A stretch of DNA of 10,816 nucleotides, from contig WBXG01000059.1 of the NCBI GenBank assembly GCA_008932965.1, positions 1 through 10,816 of the forward strand, written 5' to 3'. The notes below the pieces were generated by a model. That model did not search any database and was not told the origin of the DNA. It was given only the letters and a program-made list of their open reading frames with translations. The position numbers were made by a program, and so were the translations under genes. This DNA is from Verrucomicrobiota bacterium (GTDB taxonomy: Bacteria; Verrucomicrobiota; Verrucomicrobiia; Chthoniobacterales; UBA6821). Below are positions 1 through 7,915 of this stretch, piece by piece; the first letter of the stretch is position 1; the number at the start of each line of letters is the position of its first letter.

Positions 1-253
1 CATTAGAATATTTGGCATAACGTGCTGCTGGTTTTAACAGGCGCGCCCAAAACCCTCCAATACCTGATTGTTTCATTCCTTTGGCTACTTTGTGAGTGGG
101 GCCTTGTAGCAGTCCTTCAAGATGGACTGAAGGAATCTTACTTAAATTGGAAAAAAGGAGACGTGTCTCTTGTGGGATGCCTGCAAAACCTTCTGTGGCT
201 GGACGTAGCTCTAAAAGAACTTTCGTCTTGGATGAGTCGTTTGTTGGATGCAT
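1..253 (-). CDS. Hypothetical protein, N-terminal 84 codons only (gene continues past the left window edge); possibly another biosynthesis gene of the cluster
   Basis: Hand translation of the minus strand from the ATG at 253..251 gives MHPTNDSSKTKVLLELRPATEGFAGIPQETRLLFSNLSKIPSVHLEGLLQGPTHKVAKGMKQSGIGGFWARLLKPAARYAKYSN, with no stop down to position 1. It is on the same strand as kpsT and starts 23 nt after the kpsT stop. It is presumably absent from the ORF track because it has no stop in the window. The competing + strand ORF 22..255 is Trp/Leu/Cys-rich and looks like an antisense shadow. Confidence 0.45.
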   Translation of the reverse strand, partial: MHPTNDSSKTKVLLELRPATEGFAGIPQETRLLFSNLSKIPSVHLEGLLQGPTHKVAKGMKQSGIGGFWARLLKPAARYAKYSN

Positions 254-276
254 GAGTCGAGAATGATCTGTTACTT

Positions 277-945
277 TTAGGAGTGCTCAGGACCTTTGAG
301 TTGTTTCAGATAAAAAGCATACCCTTCATCAATGGTGTCAAAATGATAGAGTCTTCCTTCGACTAGGACTGCGGCTTTATGGCAATGATGTCGTATGAAA
401 TGCTCATGATGTGAGACAATAACCATAGCGCGGTCTCCTCTTTTGCCAAAAAGTTCTTCATGGCATTTTTGATGAAAACGTTGGTCGCCTGCTGCCATGA
501 CCTCATCGATTAGGTAGCAATCGAATTCTACAATCATCGAAATGGCAAAACTCAGCCGCGCCTGCATTCCACTGGAATAGCTAGCAACTGGTTCACGTAA
601 ATAGGGCCCAAGTTCTGAAAACTCCTCTACGAAGGCAATCTTATCCCGGACGCTCTTGTTGTAGGTACGGCAAATAAAGTACATATTATCGATTCCGCTC
701 AGTTGCCCTTGAAAAGCTCCGCCAAAGGCCAATGGCCAAGAGACACTCATGTGTCGGTTGATAATTCCTGAATCGGGTGGAGTAGCGCCACTAATAATAC
801 GGATAAGCGTTGATTTGCCAGCTCCATTACATCCTAAAATGCCCAGTTTTTCTCCCTTTTCTACGCGAAGGGAAACATGATCAAGCACCACCCGTTCTCT
901 TTTTAAGAATGGGTAGCGTTTGACAATATTTTTAAGCTCGAGCAT
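277..945 (-). CDS. kpsT: Capsule/polysaccharide export ABC transporter, ATP-binding protein (KpsT-like)
   Basis: The 222-aa product has a Walker A motif GCNGAGKST, an ABC signature YSSGMQARLSF and a Walker B motif CYLIDEV. Its size and short single-NBD layout are typical of KpsT/ABC-2-type polysaccharide exporters. It sits directly downstream of the ABC-2 permease gene. Confidence 0.9.
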   Translation of the reverse strand: MLELKNIVKRYPFLKRERVVLDHVSLRVEKGEKLGILGCNGAGKSTLIRIISGATPPDSGIINRHMSVSWPLAFGGAFQGQLSGIDNMYFICRTYNKSVRDKIAFVEEFSELGPYLREPVASYSSGMQARLSFAISMIVEFDCYLIDEVMAAGDQRFHQKCHEELFGKRGDRAMVIVSHHEHFIRHHCHKAAVLVEGRLYHFDTIDEGYAFYLKQLKGPEHS

Positions 946-967
946 GAGGAGGAAATCATTACAGCTT

Positions 968-1789
968 TTAATGCTCTAGTAAACGAGTTGCTTTTTTTAA
1001 TTCTAGAAGTCCTAAGAAAAGTAATATTAAAGAGGTAATTGCCATATAGGAGAGGCTGTAATGAGCTTTGAACTGACTTCCAAAAAAGCCATCGCGGATA
1101 CATTCTGATCCATGAACAATAGGGACCCAGCTTATCAATTTCTGTGCGGAAGAGGGCAAAGAATCTACTAAAAATGCGGACCCTGAGAAGGCAAAACTAA
1201 TATAAGAAAAAGGGTGCCAGATTTTCTCCACAATATGATATTGAGTTGCTAAAGCTCCAATATAGATAGCAAGGGACATGCCAAAAAAGATACTCATCAC
1301 CCATCCTAGGAGTACCTTTAAGAGATCTTCAGGAGGATGGATGAGTCCTATCCACGTAAAAAAAATGCCTAAGATAATAAAAGACATTGTTGCTCCTGCT
1401 GCTTGTAGTAAAAGGCGTGCTAAGAAAAAATCTAGTACTCGTACATTACGATGATAGAGAAGAGGAAGGTTCATTTTAACAGCACACTCAGTCAGTGCAG
1501 GCATATTGCGCCATAAAAGAACACAAGAATATCCTGTCAGTGCAAAAGCAGTAATAGAAATAGAACCATGGTGGTGCCCCCCAATGAGATTCCAAAGAAT
1601 GGTGACTCCTGCTGTCAACATCATCGGCTCGGCAAACATCCAGGCAAAGCCGATATTGTGACGACCGAAACGAGTGATAATTTCACGTAAGATAAGGGCC
1701 CAGACGACACGACACTGGATTTTAAAAGAGTCCCAGAGAGAACACGTATTTTTTTGAGGAAAAAAAGTTGGATCACAAGCAATATTCAT
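968..1789 (-). CDS. kpsM: Capsule/polysaccharide export ABC-2 type permease (KpsM-like)
   Basis: The 273-aa product is a polytopic hydrophobic protein. Its N-terminal region, VVWALILREIITRFGRHNIGFAWMFAEP, matches the conserved ABC-2/KpsM start (compare E. coli KpsM ALFLREIRTRFGKFRLGYLWAILEP, from memory). Its ATG overlaps the upstream stop as ATGA (1786-1789), suggesting translational coupling. Confidence 0.85.
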   Translation of the reverse strand: MNIACDPTFFPQKNTCSLWDSFKIQCRVVWALILREIITRFGRHNIGFAWMFAEPMMLTAGVTILWNLIGGHHHGSISITAFALTGYSCVLLWRNMPALTECAVKMNLPLLYHRNVRVLDFFLARLLLQAAGATMSFIILGIFFTWIGLIHPPEDLLKVLLGWVMSIFFGMSLAIYIGALATQYHIVEKIWHPFSYISFAFSGSAFLVDSLPSSAQKLISWVPIVHGSECIRDGFFGSQFKAHYSLSYMAITSLILLFLGLLELKKATRLLEH

Positions 1790-3702
1790 AAGGTGCTATT
1801 CCATATTTCTCGAAGTAGTTTAGCATAATAGCGGCCTAAGCTTTGAGGGCTCAAGTCAATTATCGGAGTAAAAGTGCTTCTAGGAGAAGAGCGAATTTCT
1901 TGGAGAAGTCGTGATGCATCTTCTATGGAGGGATCGGCCCAATATTCTCCTTCTCCCCAAAAGTAATCTCGAGGTTTCAGCTGCTTAGGCTTGTATTTTA
2001 CAAGTGCGACACGGGGTTCTTGACAGAAGTCGAGGTTGCCAGAAAATCCAGTTGTAATCACTTGAAGTCCGAGTAAGAGTGCCTCAGCAATGGTTCGTCC
2101 AAAGCCTTCCGCACGGTGGAGTGAGACGTAGCAGTCACAGGCTTGGTAGAGCGCAAGCAGCTCATCACGGCGCATATTTTTTTCTAGAAGATGGATGCGT
2201 GAATCACATTTTGCACTCAAGCGAATCAATGGCCATGGCCAGCGCCATGAATGAGCATGGCTTATTTTTAAGACGAGGCCTACGTTGTCGGCTCCTTGGT
2301 GTGGAAAAGCTTTTTGAAAGGATTGAATAACTCCCCACGGATTTTTACGAGCAAGTCGAGAATGGAGATCAAAACAAAACAGATAGAGAAATGCTTTCTC
2401 TGGCAATCTAAAATCACCTCGTTTTTGAGGTCCCATTTTTTCAGTAGAAACAGGTGGCGTGATGGAGATCACTGGGCAAGGGGCCCGCACATAGGCGTTG
2501 GCTGTGTACGAGCTAATCGCCCAGATTGTATCCACACAGGCAAAAGCATAGTGACAACTCTGAGGCCAGAGAGGAAGTTCCCAAGGCCATAGCCCAATAG
2601 TGGTTCGATTTTCCAAACAGCCTAGGCCCTCTTTCATTAAAAATTTGACCATTTCCACTCCATTCATACAAAAAAGATTAATGCCATAGCGTGGCTGATC
2701 TGTAATCCACGGATCCATGGAATCATCTTCTTGAGAAAACTTTTTCCCTAACGGAATATCAATGATACAAAAAGGAATCTCCTGAGATTTAAAGGCGAGG
2801 GCCATCTGTCGCAAATCCTCACCGATGCCTAATTCTCCACGGGCATAGCCGAAGATGTTGATTCCAAAAGGATCTTTGGGGTAGGTGGGCTTTTTAGGAG
2901 TATCCAAAGATTTTTTTTGGTAGGAGCTAACGATTTTTTCAGTAACGCTTGCGAGTTCTTTTTCATTTGGTTTTGCCCGAATCCAAGCGGCACCAGTGTG
3001 CAAAAAAGAAAGCAACTGCCTAGGAAGCCTTGAATGAAAAGGCTCTTGAAGTATGTTGATTTTCTCGGGAAGAGTAATGGAGCGAGGTGCTGGAGAGAAA
3101 GAATAGTGCTTATCAGAGAAAACTTGTGCGACATCCTCAAGTTTCCATTTTTTAAGGAGCATTTCTTGAGGTTGATGGCCTTCCCATGCATTGACCTGTA
3201 GGGTCCTGAGGAAGTTCTCTAATGTTTCAAATTCTTTTTTTAAAACGCGAAGCTGCCATGGCGGAACGACAGTGTGCTTGCCACGATGCCGTCCTCCTCG
3301 CCAGTAGGAGCGTGCAACACAGTGACGTACACGTTGATTTTTTAAAATAGGAGCAAAGCAATAACCGTGGTCAGCTATTCCGTGGAGAAACATTTTGAGC
3401 GAAAATCCATGATTCCAAGAATCACTAGAGCTAAGTTCTGGAAGAGCTAGGGGCATTGATAGTTCTTCTTCCCATGCTGAAATTTCTTGGAGTAGTTTGG
3501 ATTCTTCTACTCCTTTTGTGGCGCACCATGCTACCCACCGCCAATAGTCGCTGACCTTTCCTCGGTGCAGCGGAAATTTTCTTTGTACATCAGGTCGAGA
3601 ATGCCAGAGCGCCAACATTCCTCCATATATGTTGATGGAAAGGCCATCAGGAACAACTCCTCCAGGAATGACTTTTTGGAGATAGGGATGCTCAAAGGAC
3701 AT
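1786..3702 (-). CDS. Two-domain glycosyltransferase: about 278-aa N-terminal region of unknown function plus a C-terminal GT-B/GT4 (Glycos_transf_1-like) domain
   Basis: The 638-aa product has a C-terminal half starting INIFGYARGELGIGEDLRQ. It ends with the GT4-type motif VSLHRAEGFGRTIAEALLLGLQVITTGFSGNLDF (the E-x7-E region). The N-terminal half (WHSRPDVQRKFP...) has no catalytic motif that I recognise. Confidence 0.8.
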   Translation of the reverse strand: MSFEHPYLQKVIPGGVVPDGLSINIYGGMLALWHSRPDVQRKFPLHRGKVSDYWRWVAWCATKGVEESKLLQEISAWEEELSMPLALPELSSSDSWNHGFSLKMFLHGIADHGYCFAPILKNQRVRHCVARSYWRGGRHRGKHTVVPPWQLRVLKKEFETLENFLRTLQVNAWEGHQPQEMLLKKWKLEDVAQVFSDKHYSFSPAPRSITLPEKINILQEPFHSRLPRQLLSFLHTGAAWIRAKPNEKELASVTEKIVSSYQKKSLDTPKKPTYPKDPFGINIFGYARGELGIGEDLRQMALAFKSQEIPFCIIDIPLGKKFSQEDDSMDPWITDQPRYGINLFCMNGVEMVKFLMKEGLGCLENRTTIGLWPWELPLWPQSCHYAFACVDTIWAISSYTANAYVRAPCPVISITPPVSTEKMGPQKRGDFRLPEKAFLYLFCFDLHSRLARKNPWGVIQSFQKAFPHQGADNVGLVLKISHAHSWRWPWPLIRLSAKCDSRIHLLEKNMRRDELLALYQACDCYVSLHRAEGFGRTIAEALLLGLQVITTGFSGNLDFCQEPRVALVKYKPKQLKPRDYFWGEGEYWADPSIEDASRLLQEIRSSPRSTFTPIIDLSPQSLGRYYAKLLREIWNSTL

Positions 3703-3731
3703 CTACTCGGGTTAGAGTATATTCAATACTC

Positions 3732-5210
3732 TTAGTGTTGATGTTCTCTTACCCCAGCGATAAACAAACTCCAAACTGCCCAACAAAGAGAACTCAGCGC
3801 CAGGACGCTTAAAATATCATACCAGCGACGTGGGTAAGAGGGCTTGTCAGGGAGCTCGGGAAGATCAAAAGCCTCTAAATAACGGCTCTGACGATTCGCA
3901 TTTACGCGAGCTGTTTCGAGTGCAGAGAGCGCGGCGAGGTAATCTTTTGCGGCAAATTCACTTTCGAGCTGACGTTTTGCAAATTCGTTTAAGACTTCGG
4001 TAGCAGAGGCTCCTTGATCTGCGGCAGTCGATTTAAATTTTTCTTTAAGTAACTGAGATTGAAGTGAGATAACCTGATTTTTTGCTAATTGAATACCAGG
4101 GGCATCCTCAGGTAGATTTTTGCGTAAGAGCTCTGTCTGGGCTTGAATGGCAGAGAGTTCACTTTCAATTTTGGCTTGGATTTCGCTGCGTACTTTGGCG
4201 TATCCTACAGGATCAACTTGTTGCACTTTTACTTGCAGTTCCTGTAATTGATCAAAGGCACGAATAGCTCGTTCGTGTGCATCATCCACCTCCTTGAGTG
4301 CAAATCGCAAGGCATCTTTGACCGTCCTTGCTGAAACCCTATTGACAAGCTGTTCGCCAAGGATCAAAACGTGATCCGCAATGAGTTTAGCATCCTCTGG
4401 TGTAAAGGCTTTCACTTCTAAAGTTGAGGTTCCTGGAGCATTACCAGGAACGATCCTTACCATTTTGTGCCAATAGCGCAGAAGCTCTTCATCAGAAATA
4501 TCGTGAAGAGAAGTGCGTCTTGTTTTTTGGCCTGAGAGGCGTTTGAAAAGGTCGGGGTATGATTTAAGACGAGAAAACCAATCGATTTCGCTAGAGGCAA
4601 ATATTTTTCTTAGATTGAGATCGGCAGAAAGGTCATGAAGGATTTGCTGGCTACCAACATAAGCCTGGAGCATCGAATTGTCATGCGCTGCTGCAGTATC
4701 ACCGCCGTTGAGTCCAATTAGGGAGAGGGGGCTCGCTCCTTCATAGGAGGGGCTTTGCGACTTGATGATGTAGTCAGTGGTTGTTTCATATTGATCGCTA
4801 GCGATGAATCCAAAGTAGAGGACCGATAAGAGCGTTGGCATTCCGATCATGATCAGTGCAGACCAAGGGAATTTTTTTTGGGGAATATTTTCTTCTCTTA
4901 CGGACTTGAAATTTTCGGAAAAAAAAGCTGCCGGTGTGATCGTTTTCTCTGCATGAACAAGAGAAAAATCAGGGGAGCTTGCACTGGGTTTTTTTGAAAA
5001 TTTATTAGCAGTTGCAATGAAAAAAGAAGAGAGCGTAGTGAACACTGTTTCAATAAAATATGAAACTACTTTTTGATAAGATTGATGAAATAATTCCTTA
5101 ATACTGGATGAATGACTCTGTAACCTATTATGTGCTATTTCATCAGAAGTTTTTTCTGTAGATGAAGCACTTGGGGTAGATGGATCAGCAGAAATCGTCA
5201 ATTTTTCCAT
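3732..5210 (-). CDS. kpsE: Capsule polysaccharide export inner-membrane protein, PCP-3 family (KpsE-like), with a long N-terminal extension
   Basis: A TM segment WSALIMIGMPTLLSVLYFGFIA is followed by SDQYETTTDYIIKS, a long coiled-coil periplasmic region, and a C-terminal PDKPSYPRRWYDILSVLALSSLCWAVWSLFIAG anchor, which is the KpsE/CtrB layout. The track ORF starts at 5267 and would overlap the upstream gene by 47 nt. The ATG at 5210 (MEKLTISAD...) lies 10 nt after the upstream stop and is preferred. Start choice is uncertain. Confidence 0.75.
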   Translation of the reverse strand: MEKLTISADPSTPSASSTEKTSDEIAHNRLQSHSSSIKELFHQSYQKVVSYFIETVFTTLSSFFIATANKFSKKPSASSPDFSLVHAEKTITPAAFFSENFKSVREENIPQKKFPWSALIMIGMPTLLSVLYFGFIASDQYETTTDYIIKSQSPSYEGASPLSLIGLNGGDTAAAHDNSMLQAYVGSQQILHDLSADLNLRKIFASSEIDWFSRLKSYPDLFKRLSGQKTRRTSLHDISDEELLRYWHKMVRIVPGNAPGTSTLEVKAFTPEDAKLIADHVLILGEQLVNRVSARTVKDALRFALKEVDDAHERAIRAFDQLQELQVKVQQVDPVGYAKVRSEIQAKIESELSAIQAQTELLRKNLPEDAPGIQLAKNQVISLQSQLLKEKFKSTAADQGASATEVLNEFAKRQLESEFAAKDYLAALSALETARVNANRQSRYLEAFDLPELPDKPSYPRRWYDILSVLALSSLCWAVWSLFIAGVREHQH

Positions 5211-5220
5211 AAAAAGTCTT

Positions 5221-6486
5221 CTAAAGGGCGATAGCAGCCGCGCCAGCAGTAGCCGCTGCAGCTCCACCGACTTGTGTGAGAGGAGTAAACATACCGCCTA
5301 GGAGATGAAGGAATTTGAGAACTCCCATGCTGCCCGCATCTGTAGTATAAATAACATCATGGTCTCTCATCTTAAAATTACGGGCCATAAAAAATCCATC
5401 AGCTTGAGTTAAATCGAGTCGATAGATTACTGGAACTACTGCTGAGTCACCTTGCGGAGGGAGGAATCCCATTTCAGAAATAAGAGAGCGTGGCTCCAGT
5501 CGGTAAATAAGAATTGCGGAGGGGTTAGCGGCATTATAGTCAGGACCTCCAACCATTGCTAAAGCTTCATCTAGGGTGAGGTGATCACAATTAAAGGGAA
5601 CTGAGCTTAATCTTCCATTAACACCAAAGCTTAAAAAACGCTCTGTTCGTACTCTAACAACGAGAGTATCCCCAAATTGAAGCGGAATGTTTTTTGCAGG
5701 ATTATTAAAGATCGCTGAAAGTCTACTAAAATAAGATGTCGAGCCACGATTCAAAGTAATCATTGTTTCGTATTCCTTTCCAAGACTTCCTCCTGCCTGA
5801 GCAATGGCATCTAAGAGACGCGTTCCTCCAAATGATAGTGATACGAGGGAGGGAGTTTTGACATCTCCCAAGACTGCTACAGTATCACCTCCCTTACGAC
5901 TACTCATTGTTACTACAACTTGAGGATCTATAATTTTAGTTTTAAGCTTCGTTTCAATTTCTTCTTGAATTTGAGAAAGCATTTTACCCCGCGCCATGAT
6001 ACGTCCTGCATAGGGAACCATGATTTCACCAGAGTGATCGATAATTTGTGGAGGAAGTGTATGCGGAATGGATCCGGTTTGAGCAAGGCCATTAGGCATT
6101 ATAGGGGTTGCAAAGAGATTTCCCCCAGAGTCGAAAATAGTTATTTCCAGAATATCCCCACCCATGACTGCATCATTATTCACCTTTGCGCCTAAAAGCT
6201 CTGGGGGATTCAGACGAAAGAGTTTTTGCATGACCGTACTTCTGGAGCAAAGGTCAAGGCGTTGTTCGCTTTTGGAGAGCATACTGCTACTGTTAGTACT
6301 ACAAATAATCTCCAATACCTTTTTATTAAGAGAAATGAGCGTATAGGAACTTTTGGGATTTTTTTCACTCGCAGAGCTTTTTACTCGTGAGAGTGAGGGA
6401 CCACTACTTGGCATAAAAGTGCACCCTGCTAAAAAAGCACCCAATAATAGTATAATTACAAAGAAAGGCGAGGGCTTTGACTTCAT
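5221..6486 (-). CDS. kpsD: Outer-membrane polysaccharide export (OPX) lipoprotein, KpsD/Wza-like
   Basis: A Poly_export-like block is present (GGDILEITIFDSGGNLF ... IDHSGEIMVPYAGRIMARGKMLSQIQEEIETKLKTKIIDPQVVVTM). It is followed by an SLBB-like block (VAVLGDVKTPSLVSLSFGGTRLLDAIAQAGG). Starting at the ATG at 6486 gives MKSKPSPFFVIILLLGAFLAGC, a signal peptide with lipobox LAGC. The track start at 6531 adds 15 hydrophobic residues and is less likely. Confidence 0.8.
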   Translation of the reverse strand: MKSKPSPFFVIILLLGAFLAGCTFMPSSGPSLSRVKSSASEKNPKSSYTLISLNKKVLEIICSTNSSSMLSKSEQRLDLCSRSTVMQKLFRLNPPELLGAKVNNDAVMGGDILEITIFDSGGNLFATPIMPNGLAQTGSIPHTLPPQIIDHSGEIMVPYAGRIMARGKMLSQIQEEIETKLKTKIIDPQVVVTMSSRKGGDTVAVLGDVKTPSLVSLSFGGTRLLDAIAQAGGSLGKEYETMITLNRGSTSYFSRLSAIFNNPAKNIPLQFGDTLVVRVRTERFLSFGVNGRLSSVPFNCDHLTLDEALAMVGGPDYNAANPSAILIYRLEPRSLISEMGFLPPQGDSAVVPVIYRLDLTQADGFFMARNFKMRDHDVIYTTDAGSMGVLKFLHLLGGMFTPLTQVGGAAAATAGAAAIAL

Positions 6487-6531
6487 TAGAACTAACAATA
6501 TCATTTGTAGAGATCTTAAGATCATAAGCAA

Positions 6532-7770
6532 TTATTCAAGAGGCTGATTTAATTTGTCTAGATTCAGGCGCTTTACTGCCTGCTCAACAGCTAATGCAGA
6601 CCCATCTTTGCTAAAATAGTCACCACGAATCTGAAGTGTCTGGGTAATAACTTTAATAAAATCATTACAAAAGGTTTGATCCACCTCTTCTCCTAGCCTC
6701 CAGAATCTGTCAAGAGTGCCAGAAAAAATCAATCCCTTAATGTCATATATTGCTTGGTCAAGAAGCTTAACTGGTTTACCATATTCGATTGCTTTGAGCC
6801 CTACACTGCTATTGATTGTCACAACTCCACAACATTGTGAAAGCAACATATCTAAAGAACCCTCATATAAAAAAAAGACTCTCTTTGAAATATGATGTAT
6901 CCGAGCGAGCCTCTTAATCAATTTTTCCCATGGCTTCAGACCTGGATCCATAGGATGTAATTTAATTACAAGTCGTGTATGAGGTGGTGCATATTGGCTG
7001 AAAGAGGTTATGATTTCTTTAAGCGTGACTGCCTGATTCTTGTATTTTAAAGAGTTTCTAATTTGGAAGTCCATATCCAGTTGTAGCGGAAAGAGAAAAT
7101 AGGGGGAATCTCCAGCCTCTCTTGCCAAACATTCTACAAGTTGGTGTGTTTTTATAGAAAATAATTTTTTTTTGAAAAATTGAACAATAAAACCGATCCC
7201 AATAACAAAAATATTCCCATCAATAGGTTTGCAATAATTAGGATAAAAAGAGGAAAAGAGTGAAGTAAGAATATTGCTTAATGCGATTAAAAAAATTTTT
7301 TGAAATTCATTTTTATTAATAGGTTCTCTTTGATTCAGATTAGGTAATGATGATGCTATCTCATCCAGCATCTCTTTTTCTTTTGAAATTAAGGAGTCTT
7401 TACCAGTACCGTTTTTTTCTAAAACTAAATATCCAGGTCGCAAATATCCATAATCCGTAACGACAACAGAGATTGAATGTTTTTGTGCAATCTGAATGGC
7501 AATGCGGTGATAAGGTTTTTTGTCTCCATTCAAGACAATAGTTGTTACCTTTTTATTGATTATAAATTGTTCAATATAGTCTTTCCACTCCTTTAGCGTT
7601 CCACGAAAAGAAATACCATTAGGTTCTCTCCAGGAAAACCAATCTCCGGCACAAAAGTGAATTTTATAGCAATGGTGCCCATGTTTTTTTAAACCACCTG
7701 CAACTCTAGAAAAAAAACAACATGGAGGTCCTTGCAGGAAGAGGAATATTTTTTTTGGGGAATGCTTCAT
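6532..7770 (-). CDS. kpsS: Capsule polysaccharide modification protein KpsS-like (Capsule_synth family, beta-Kdo transferase)
   Basis: The 412-aa product matches blocks remembered from E. coli KpsS. These are FLFLQGPPCCFF (vs LLLQGPMGPFF), VIKLHPMDPG (vs VIKHHPMDRG) and VVTINSSVGLKAIEYGKPVKLLDQAIYDIKGL (vs VVTINSTAGISALIHNKPLKVMGNALYDIKGL). Confidence 0.85.
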   Translation of the reverse strand: MKHSPKKIFLFLQGPPCCFFSRVAGGLKKHGHHCYKIHFCAGDWFSWREPNGISFRGTLKEWKDYIEQFIINKKVTTIVLNGDKKPYHRIAIQIAQKHSISVVVTDYGYLRPGYLVLEKNGTGKDSLISKEKEMLDEIASSLPNLNQREPINKNEFQKIFLIALSNILTSLFSSFYPNYCKPIDGNIFVIGIGFIVQFFKKKLFSIKTHQLVECLAREAGDSPYFLFPLQLDMDFQIRNSLKYKNQAVTLKEIITSFSQYAPPHTRLVIKLHPMDPGLKPWEKLIKRLARIHHISKRVFFLYEGSLDMLLSQCCGVVTINSSVGLKAIEYGKPVKLLDQAIYDIKGLIFSGTLDRFWRLGEEVDQTFCNDFIKVITQTLQIRGDYFSKDGSALAVEQAVKRLNLDKLNQPLE

Positions 7771-7832
7771 CTAAGATTTTTACAGAAAAAGGAGGTGTAA
7801 ACTTATTTTTCATCCTGCTTTATTGCTAGGAA

Positions 7833-7841
7833 ATTATAACA
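7833..7841 (-). promoter_or_regulatory. Candidate extended -10 promoter element (TGTTATAAT) for kpsS and downstream genes
   Basis: The minus strand reads TGTTATAAT, a perfect TGnTATAAT, ending 63 nt upstream of the kpsS ATG in the only sizeable intergenic gap of the cluster (7771-7915). No good -35 element is present. Prediction is by eye only. Confidence 0.35.
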
Positions 7842-7867
7842 CTGTTTGAAAATAGTAAAGAAAAGTA

Positions 7868-7898
7868 GAAGTTGAATCGGTTGCAACTCGATTGCTTC
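7868..7898 (-). terminator. Possible weak intrinsic terminator or attenuator after the 391-aa glycosyltransferase gene
   Basis: The minus-strand RNA GAAGCAAUCGAGUUGCAACCGAUUCAACUUC can form a 4-bp plus 5-bp interrupted stem (GAAG/CUUC and AAUCG/CGAUU). It is followed by the U-rich UACUUUUCUUUACUAUUUUC and begins 18 nt after the stop at 7916. The stem is imperfect. Confidence 0.25.
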
Positions 7899-7915
7899 TT
7901 GATCACACTCAACAA

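Noticed and set aside
22-255. 77-aa + strand ORF from the track
   Set aside because: It is fully overlapped by a minus-strand open frame that continues the operon. Its Trp/Cys/Leu-rich composition is typical of antisense frames.
7165-7173. A9 run in the kpsS coding strand (KKK), plus many 8-nt homopolymers in other cluster genes, as possible phase-variation switches
   Set aside because: A/T homopolymers of 7-9 nt occur throughout this AT-rich window, in nearly every gene and in intergenic DNA. They therefore look like background composition, not targeted contingency tracts. Length polymorphism among strains or reads would be needed.
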